A DNA stretch of 64,000 nucleotides, taken from positions 4,649 through 68,648 of the IMG/VR virus record IMGVR_UViG_3300046791_000258. One strand, 5' to 3'. The notes beneath the pieces were generated by a model that saw only the letters and a program-made list of their open reading frames with translations, was not told where the DNA came from and searched no databases. This document shows, piece after piece, positions 57,723 to 64,000 of the stretch. The first letter of the stretch is position 1. The number at the start of each line of letters is the position of its first letter. A program made the position numbers and the translations under genes. This DNA comes from a virus.

Positions 57723-58165
57723 TGAATTTCGAGTATCACTTTCCAGGGGCCGTGAAGTGGGAAACCTTCATTACCAGGACAGAGGTCGGTCGCGCGTTGC
57801 ATTACTGCGAGGTGCCGCTCACTAAGACCGGGCGAAAGTCGCCGCTCAAGCAGCGAGCAATTAGGATCTGTTTGTATTTGAACCTGGAGACCCGCAAACA
57901 GGTCGAAGATTATCCGTTGCACGAGTTCCTGCTGCAGCCCGATGCCGGTCCGGCTACGCTGCGCTTCCTCTATCAGATGTTGAATCTTCCGGTGCCGTTG
58001 TTCCTGCTCGACCGGAAATCTCGGATACCGCCCGACATGGAGCGCAAGGTCCGCGCGTTCATGAAGGAAACCGGCTACGGCTGGATCCAGTTGCGTTCGC
58101 TGGTCGGCCATGTGCTGGCGCGCCTCGATCCTGATCGAGATCCTGAAGAGGAGGATAAGAATTGA
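57722..58165 (+). CDS. Hypothetical protein
   Basis: Coupled ORF, AT-richer codons. Confidence 0.55.
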   Translation: MNFEYHFPGAVKWETFITRTEVGRALHYCEVPLTKTGRKSPLKQRAIRICLYLNLETRKQVEDYPLHEFLLQPDAGPATLRFLYQMLNLPVPLFLLDRKSRIPPDMERKVRAFMKETGYGWIQLRSLVGHVLARLDPDRDPEEEDKN

Positions 58166-58560
58166 GCCTCGATCGACAGAAGGCTTTTGCGCTCGCCCAT
58201 CCGGTGTTCGATCCGCAGAAGCAGATCCTGACCGGCCACGGCTGGCCGATCGATCGTCACACCAGCGGCGTGCTGACCGTCAACATCGGCATGGAATGAA
58301 GCGTCTACGCCCAGGGGCGGCCGCTGTGGCATCTGTCACTGTCGCCGCAGCCCCGGGTGCCGGTGTCCCGTTGGGACCGCGCTACACGCCGCCGCATCGA
58401 AGCGATCAGGGACAGCATCATGAGCCGCCTGGGGACCAACGAAGCACTGATCGAGGAGCGAGGCGACGTGCTGCCTCACTGGCGAAAGCCGCTGACCTTG
58501 GCCGAGGTCAACCAGATGGCGCAGACCCCCGAGGTCCGCGCGCGCCCTGGGCGCCCGTGA
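58162..58560 (+). pseudogene. ORF interrupted by a single in-frame TGA (58297-58299)
   Basis: GAGGAGG SD, TTG start, continuous protein-like frame either side: ...LTVNIGME*SVYAQGRPLWHLSLS... Confidence 0.55.
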
Positions 58561-58727
58561 TGCGTGACATGGTCGCCCTGGTGCTGCTGGTGATCGGCGC
58601 CTCGCTGCTGTTCTTCGGCGTCATGTTGGCGCTCGAAGGGTCGGAGATGTGGCCGATCTCGGGTATCGTGTCGTTCATCGGCGGCCTGGGCATCGGTTTC
58701 GGAAGTTGGACGTTGCTGACGAGGTAG
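58560..58727 (+). CDS. Small two-TM membrane protein (holin candidate)
   Basis: MRDMVALVLLVIGASLLFFGVMLA...SFIGGLGIGFGSW; near the endolysin. Confidence 0.5.
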   Translation: MRDMVALVLLVIGASLLFFGVMLALEGSEMWPISGIVSFIGGLGIGFGSWTLLTR

Positions 58728-58729
58728 CA

Positions 58730-59059
58730 ATGAGCAAGCAACAGTATGTCGAGGACTGCGTCGGCTGCCGGCCGGTCGCGGTCGACCTGCAGACCGGCCA
58801 GCCGTGCGGCGAGGATCATCCGCTGTCGCGCGCGCTCGCCCGGGTGTGGGGGCAGATGGGACCGCTGCACAAGGCGGCGTTCCACCGCGTGACCTGCCTG
58901 AGCAGCCGCAACCCGCTCGACCTCGCCCTGGCCAAAGAGTACATCACCAGGGTCAAGGCGGCGGCGCTTAAGGAACAAGGCAATGGGAACCTACCTGACC
59001 CACCACTTCAGCCTGGAGGAGATGACGGCAAGCCAGACGGCAAGCCGGTGCTCCATTGA
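58730..59059 (+). CDS. Hypothetical protein
   Basis: GAGG SD; overlaps the endolysin 5' end. Confidence 0.5.
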   Translation: MSKQQYVEDCVGCRPVAVDLQTGQPCGEDHPLSRALARVWGQMGPLHKAAFHRVTCLSSRNPLDLALAKEYITRVKAAALKEQGNGNLPDPPLQPGGDDGKPDGKPVLH

Positions 59060-59429
59060 CAACGATCCCACCGACCAGCAGCTCGTCGAGCTGACGCGCA
59101 CCTGCCAGATGCTGGAGCTGGTGCGCGCGCTGTTCGGCCAGCCGATCCTGATCAGCTCGGGCTATCGCTGCGAGGCGCTCAACGAGGAGTGCGGCGGCTC
59201 GGAGAACAGCCAGCACTGCCTGGGGCAGGCGGCAGACTTCACCAGCCCGGCGGCCGGCACGCCGCGCGAGATCTGCGAGCGGATCGTTGCCGACGGCATG
59301 ATCCCGTTTGACCAGTTGATCCTGGAGTACGGCGACTGGGTGCATATCTCGCAGCCCGGCATTGGCAACCAACCGCGCCGTCAGGTATTGACGATCGACG
59401 AGACCGGCACCCGCGAGGGGCTGCATTAA
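58983..59429 (+). CDS. Peptidase M15 (M15_3-like) endolysin
   Basis: HFSLEEM..S.TA...IDN.P; ISSGYRC..LN...GG..NSQH..GQAADF; FDQLILEY..WVHIS. Confidence 0.88.
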   Translation: MGTYLTHHFSLEEMTASQTASRCSIDNDPTDQQLVELTRTCQMLELVRALFGQPILISSGYRCEALNEECGGSENSQHCLGQAADFTSPAAGTPREICERIVADGMIPFDQLILEYGDWVHISQPGIGNQPRRQVLTIDETGTREGLH

Positions 59430-59440
59430 GGGGTTCGCAC

Positions 59441-59611
59441 ATGCCGCTGCAGAAGACCGGAGGCAAGGCCTCCATCGGGCCCAACATCAAGACCGAGATG
59501 GCCGCCGGCAAGCCCAAGAAGCAGGCGGTCGCGATCGCCCTCGACGTGGCGCGTCGCCAGGGCACCAAGATCCCGCCGATCCCCAAGGTGGGCAAGGCGC
59601 GTGGCCGCTGA
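59441..59611 (+). CDS. Small basic conserved phage protein
   Basis: MPLQK...NIKTEMAAGKPKKQAVAIALDVARR. Confidence 0.65.
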   Translation: MPLQKTGGKASIGPNIKTEMAAGKPKKQAVAIALDVARRQGTKIPPIPKVGKARGR

Positions 59612-60643
59612 TGGCCAACGTGGTCGCTGACTTCAAGGACGGTCTGGGCAACCTTGCCCACGCCATCCAGTGGGACGGCGACCTGATCGATACTTGGGCT
59701 AACATTCACGCCTGGACCAAGCGCGCCAACATCAATCACAGGGGCGTGTTGGCGATCCAGACGGGAGCGATCAATTTGAATGTCGGGGTCGGCGACTGGA
59801 TGGTGATGGACAGCTCTAAGAACCCCCAGGTGTTTTCGATGACCGATCCGCAATTTCAATCGACCTACACGGCTACTACACCCTGAAGGAGGCGAGCATG
59901 GGCTACGTGTTGAAGGACGGCAGCGGCGAGATCGAGGCCAAGAAGCTCGATCCGGCGAGCTCCAGTGCCGAGCAGCTGGCGGCGTGGTGTGGTGGCGTGG
60001 TCTCCAATGGCGGCATGGCCTACGCGACGCTGACCCTGCCCAACGGCGAGATCGTCCACTCGGGCGACTGGGTGCTGGTCAAGGACGGCGTGGCGACCAT
60101 GGTGAACGAGGACAAGATCCGCGAGCTCGCCTACCTGCCCGAGCCGACCGAGGCTGAGCTGGCGGCCAAGGCGGCGGCTGAAGAGGCCGCGGCCAAGAAG
60201 GCCGAGGAGGATGCTGCCAAGGCGGCCGCCCAGGAGGCCGGTGTCGCTTACGTTCCACCGGCGGCATGAGCAGCCAGCTCACCGACGAGCAGACCGCCCA
60301 GGAGACGCCGCTCGACCGAGGCAAAGACATCGAGGTGACGCTCACCTTCAGGGTCTCGGCCGAGGCGATCGACCGGCTGCTGCCGCGCAACGCGACGCGG
60401 CGGCAGTTCGAGGCGGCGCAGGCGACGCTCCTGGCGGCTGGGCTCTACACCCGGCTCCAGGTGCTGCGCGATCTCCAGCACACCGAGAAGGTCGATGTGT
60501 TGGTCGCTCCAGGCGTGGTCAACGTGCCTGGGATGCGGCGCAAGGAGGAGCTTAAACAGGCCGGCAGGTACGCCCAGGTGGCGCTCACGCACCTGGAGAC
60601 GGTGGCGCTGTGGTCGGACAAGGCGGTGGTCTGGACCCTCTAG
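59611..60643 (+). other. ORFs 59611-59886, 59898-60269 and 60266-60643; the first two share a W...G..L...G...GDW.V SH3-like pattern
   Basis: SD and coupled starts; shared pattern. Confidence 0.6.
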
Positions 60644-60709
60644 ATCGCCTATTTTGGGCCGCCCGGGGGCAAGTCGGGCGCCATCGATCCCTAGCAAGGC
60701 ATCGCCCTC

Positions 60710-63700
60710 ATGCCGCGCGACCATATCCGAGACTTCTACGCGAAGGGCGGCTACATCAAGCCGCAGACCGACCGCAAGGGCGAAGCCCTGGCGCGGGTGA
60801 AGTACGACCTCGGCGGTCCGGTCCTGGCTGCGGCCAATCCTAGCAGGACGGTGCTGCCGCTGATGCGGTGGACCGAGAAGATGTGGGACAAGCTGCCCGA
60901 CCTGCGCAAGGCGGCGCTGCAGAAGGTCGGCCTGCACGGGCTCAAGGAGGGGACCGAGGCGTTTATCTACGGCCGCGACCCGAGCAACACTATCGATGCC
61001 AGCACGCCCGGCTGGATGTCGAAGATGACCAAGGGCGATTCGGGCTCGGTCGACCTGCCGCCGTCCTACATGAAGTTCACCAAGAGCCCAGGCTCGAAGC
61101 CCGGCGTTGGCCAAGCCTGGAACGTGCACAATCACCCTGGTGTCGATTCGACGGCGATGCCGTCGAGCGTCCCAGGCGACTACGGCACGTGGCTCAACCC
61201 CAGTGCCAACCGGTTTTTTAGCTACCCGGAGGGCAGCGCGCGGCCGTGGCAGGACATGATGATCGTGGCGCCGCGCAACGATCAGCTGTTGCAGATCGAT
61301 GCGCCCAACAATCTGTGGGAGCAGCCGGCGCAAACGTCTGGGCTGTGGAACCGCAATCAGCGCCTGACCAAGAAGTTCATCGAGGAGACCCAACCCAGCC
61401 GCTGGCTCTACAACCAGGATGGCACTGGCGCCGGTGTTACGGGCCAGATGAACCTGATCGAGGAGTGGGCCAAGGCGCATGGTGTTGGGTTGCCGCGCAT
61501 GGACCCGCTGCATGACATCGACCCCAAGACCGGCGAGCGCATGGAGCCGGTGATGGGCAAGCAGTTCTGGCCGGTCTACCAGAGCCTCGCCGGCGGCCGC
61601 TGGATGGATCGCATGGGCGATCTCGGCGTCGGTACCGAGATGGATGCGGCGACCAAGCTGCCCAACACCGGCGTCAACCTGCGCGACGCCTTCGAGAGCT
61701 ACATCCCGCTGGCCAAGCAGAAGTTCGGCTTCGACGTCGGCGGTCCGGTCAGGGCGACCCAGAAGGCTTTGCGCTTCCTCAATCGCTACGCCGATCCGGC
61801 GAGCGAGGTGATCAAGGACTGGACCTGGAAGCCGATCAAGGAGGCGATGCGGTCGCTCCCAGGCGGGGTGCCGCGCGAGATCCCCGAGCACGTGCTGAAC
61901 TACGGCGACTTCATGCGGCGTGCTGCTGGCAAGGTGGAGGACGAAGGTCTCGCACCGCGCGATCTCCTGAAGGCCTACACGACCACGCTGTCATCGATCC
62001 AGCGCCAAGCGATCAATCGTGACAACCTCCCAGGCATCAAGCTGAGCTCGCCCGACCAGCTGATCAGGCCCGAGGGTGCGTTCGCCGATTGGCTGGGCTC
62101 GCCGGCCGGCCAGAAGTACCTGTTGTTCGGCTCGCAGGGCGAGGCGCACCCCGAGGCCATCGCCGACGCGGCGAAGAACATGCGGTCGTTCGGCCTGCAC
62201 AACAAGCTCGCCGAGGATCTCACCGAGGCGCCGCAGCGCATCCTGGGTCTCGATACGCCGATGTCGGATGTCATCACGCGCGCCATGCAGGGTGCCAGCA
62301 CGCCTGCCGAGTGGGCCGAGGTGACAGACAAGCTGAAGGGCATCGATGCCGCCAAGAAGGGCTTCGTCGGCGCGATGGTAGGCTACGGCGACCGGCCGAC
62401 GCTCGATGCACGACAGCTCGGTATCCACACTTACGATCCCGAGGCGCTCTCGAAGTTCGGCCGGCGTCAGCGTGGCCAGGGCGGCGAGGATGCGGTGGCG
62501 CGTCTGGCGGCTCGACAGAACGCTCTCAACATGTCGATGCCCAGCGAGTACGAGCCGTTCCGGCAGCACCTCACCCATCACACGCTTTGGGATGCCGCCA
62601 AAGATACCCAGACGTCGCACGGTGACATCATCGACATGATGGAGAACCGCTCGCGCGGCGGTCGTGTCGGCTTCGACATCGGCGGCAACGTGCAGCGCGG
62701 CGCCAAGATGGCGGCTAAGGCGGGGCAAGCGCTGGAGCGCATGTACAGTGGCAGCCTGTTCGAGAAGTGGGCGAAGGACACCGGTCGCACTGCCGAGGAG
62801 CTGGTCGAGGCACTGCGTACCAAGAACCCCAATGTCCAGAAGGACCGCGACATCCAGGCGATGCGTGGCGTCAGCGACCGCATGGATCCTAACCTCTACG
62901 CCGGCACCAAGGTCGACATGACCCAGCCGGCGCCGCTGATGCGTCCGACCATCAGCCCGGAGGATATGAGGGGCGGCTACGTGGTCGGCGGCATGTCCGA
63001 TCTGTCGTCGGCAGGTCCGACGATCCGCGGCATCAACGACATCGCGATGCGCAAGCCGATCTGGATGCCGGGCGGCTCCGATTTCCCGGTCTACAATCCA
63101 GATCTGTGGGCGGGTGCTCCTGGCGCGCTGAGCGGTCTCACCAATGCGTTGTCGAGTGCCGGCTGGAAGCCGGGCAAGAACCAAGCCTATTTCGCCAACC
63201 AGCTGATGCTGCCTCAGGCGGTCGACCAGACGCACATGGCGATGGAAGCAGCGCTCTCGATGCTGCAGCAGTCAGGTCTCTCGCGGAAGGAGGCTGGGGC
63301 CTTCAACGACGCGGTGCGCAATTTCAAGATCAGCGTCAATCCGACCAAGGCCGATCCGCGGCGCACGGTCGAGGCGATGCCTGACTTCCCCGGCATCAAC
63401 AGCGCCAACATCGACGAGTACATTGCCAACACGCCGATGGCACGGCGTGCGGCGCTGCTCAAGGTGATGGACAAGAAGGCTATGAACGATATCGGCGTGC
63501 CGAGCTCGTCGTCGATTCGGGCTGCGCTCACCGATCCGACGCTGGTCGGCGCACCGCAAGGCACCACCGGTCGCACCATTGGGCGGCTGGCCGACGATCC
63601 GATCATCACCGATCCGATTATCCCGCACGAGAGCTACAGTTCCAACTTGGGTGGCGACTTCCTGGGGGGCTTCGGCAAGAAGGTGCCGGGCCAGCTTCTG

Positions 63701-64000
63701 TTCAAGGACTGGGTGAAGGAGAAAGGCTTCGATCCCAACAACATGAGCAGCAACGACATGCGCTCGATGATCATCAGCCCGGCCGTGCAGAAGATCGACC
63801 AACGCTTCCTCGACTGGTTCATGCCCAAATACGAGAAGCTGCCCGACTGGAAGCGTGGTGGTCGTGTGGGCTATGCCTCGCTTGGCTCAGTGAAGAAGCT
63901 AGGCAGCGCTGCCGAAAAGGCGCTCAACCGGATCCGCACCTATCACGGTTCGCCGTATCTCTACGACAAGATCGATCCGGCCAAGATCGGCAGCGGCGAG
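60710..64000 (+). CDS. Large polyvalent protein (JAB + HhH-GPD-like + unknown + ART-PolyVal), open at the window end
   Basis: Manual translation from ATG 60710 found no stop to 64000; HNHP.....PS...D at 61127; LKGIDAAKKGF...GYGDRPTLD at 62333; YHGSPYLYDKID..KIGSGE at 63941. Confidence 0.8.
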   Translation, partial: MPRDHIRDFYAKGGYIKPQTDRKGEALARVKYDLGGPVLAAANPSRTVLPLMRWTEKMWDKLPDLRKAALQKVGLHGLKEGTEAFIYGRDPSNTIDASTPGWMSKMTKGDSGSVDLPPSYMKFTKSPGSKPGVGQAWNVHNHPGVDSTAMPSSVPGDYGTWLNPSANRFFSYPEGSARPWQDMMIVAPRNDQLLQIDAPNNLWEQPAQTSGLWNRNQRLTKKFIEETQPSRWLYNQDGTGAGVTGQMNLIEEWAKAHGVGLPRMDPLHDIDPKTGERMEPVMGKQFWPVYQSLAGGRWMDRMGDLGVGTEMDAATKLPNTGVNLRDAFESYIPLAKQKFGFDVGGPVRATQKALRFLNRYADPASEVIKDWTWKPIKEAMRSLPGGVPREIPEHVLNYGDFMRRAAGKVEDEGLAPRDLLKAYTTTLSSIQRQAINRDNLPGIKLSSPDQLIRPEGAFADWLGSPAGQKYLLFGSQGEAHPEAIADAAKNMRSFGLHNKLAEDLTEAPQRILGLDTPMSDVITRAMQGASTPAEWAEVTDKLKGIDAAKKGFVGAMVGYGDRPTLDARQLGIHTYDPEALSKFGRRQRGQGGEDAVARLAARQNALNMSMPSEYEPFRQHLTHHTLWDAAKDTQTSHGDIIDMMENRSRGGRVGFDIGGNVQRGAKMAAKAGQALERMYSGSLFEKWAKDTGRTAEELVEALRTKNPNVQKDRDIQAMRGVSDRMDPNLYAGTKVDMTQPAPLMRPTISPEDMRGGYVVGGMSDLSSAGPTIRGINDIAMRKPIWMPGGSDFPVYNPDLWAGAPGALSGLTNALSSAGWKPGKNQAYFANQLMLPQAVDQTHMAMEAALSMLQQSGLSRKEAGAFNDAVRNFKISVNPTKADPRRTVEAMPDFPGINSANIDEYIANTPMARRAALLKVMDKKAMNDIGVPSSSSIRAALTDPTLVGAPQGTTGRTIGRLADDPIITDPIIPHESYSSNLGGDFLGGFGKKVPGQLLFKDWVKEKGFDPNNMSSNDMRSMIISPAVQKIDQRFLDWFMPKYEKLPDWKRGGRVGYASLGSVKKLGSAAEKALNRIRTYHGSPYLYDKIDPAKIGSGE

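Noticed and set aside
4268-63235. Many long minus-strand ORFs (e.g. 4268-5983, 11867-13465, 13954-16062, 28557-30161, 45046-46746, 60248-61891, 61991-63235)
   Set aside because: Antisense shadows of real genes in high-GC DNA; Arg/Ala-rich, no SD and no recognisable motifs
1-64000. Integrase, att sites, tRNA/rRNA, portal gene
   Set aside because: None recognised; the portal presumably lies beyond the window ends
1-64000. Genome-wide stop-codon reassignment
   Set aside because: Core genes translate intact with code 11 and end on TGA, TAG and TAA; only one internal TGA was noticed

Overview
The whole window is part of one GC-rich tailed dsDNA phage genome. It looks podovirus-like: there are ejection/internal-virion genes but no tail tube, sheath or tape measure. 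Repeated CTTGAA-N16/17-C(T/C)AtnT promoters suggest an alphaproteobacterial host (inference). No host genes, integrase, tRNA or CRISPR were seen, and the portal gene probably lies outside the window. Gene order: end of a GroES-like gene, scaffold, head genes (Mu gpT-like major capsid protein), head-tail and tail genes, an HNH gene, internal virion proteins, a lysozyme-like protein, a tail fibre and small membrane proteins (1-25.1 kb). Then two DUF932-like genes and a VRR-NUC nuclease; a replication module (SSB-like, PolA with Leu762, SNF2 helicase, primase-polymerase, VirE helicase) interleaved with clusters of small early genes; putative TerS, a PAPS-reductase-family gene, two anti-defence sponge-like genes, TerL, secreted proteins and an M15 endolysin. 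A >1090-codon polyvalent ORF missing from the ORF track starts at 60710 and runs off the window end. Most notable observations: (1) a di-glycine motif [FYWM]-x-x-GG-x-V recurs in four putative virion-cargo proteins and falls at the domain boundaries of a JAB/HhH/unknown/ART polyprotein, suggesting GG-directed polyprotein processing or packaging; (2) an 89-aa twin-arginine protein made of two permuted pieces of a major capsid protein (capsid mimic); (3) a dispersed early regulon with six palindrome-containing promoters, nine identical start-associated sequences and a TetR candidate; (4) a highly structured RNA leader upstream of the capsid operon. All family assignments come from motif recognition by eye; no database searches were run.
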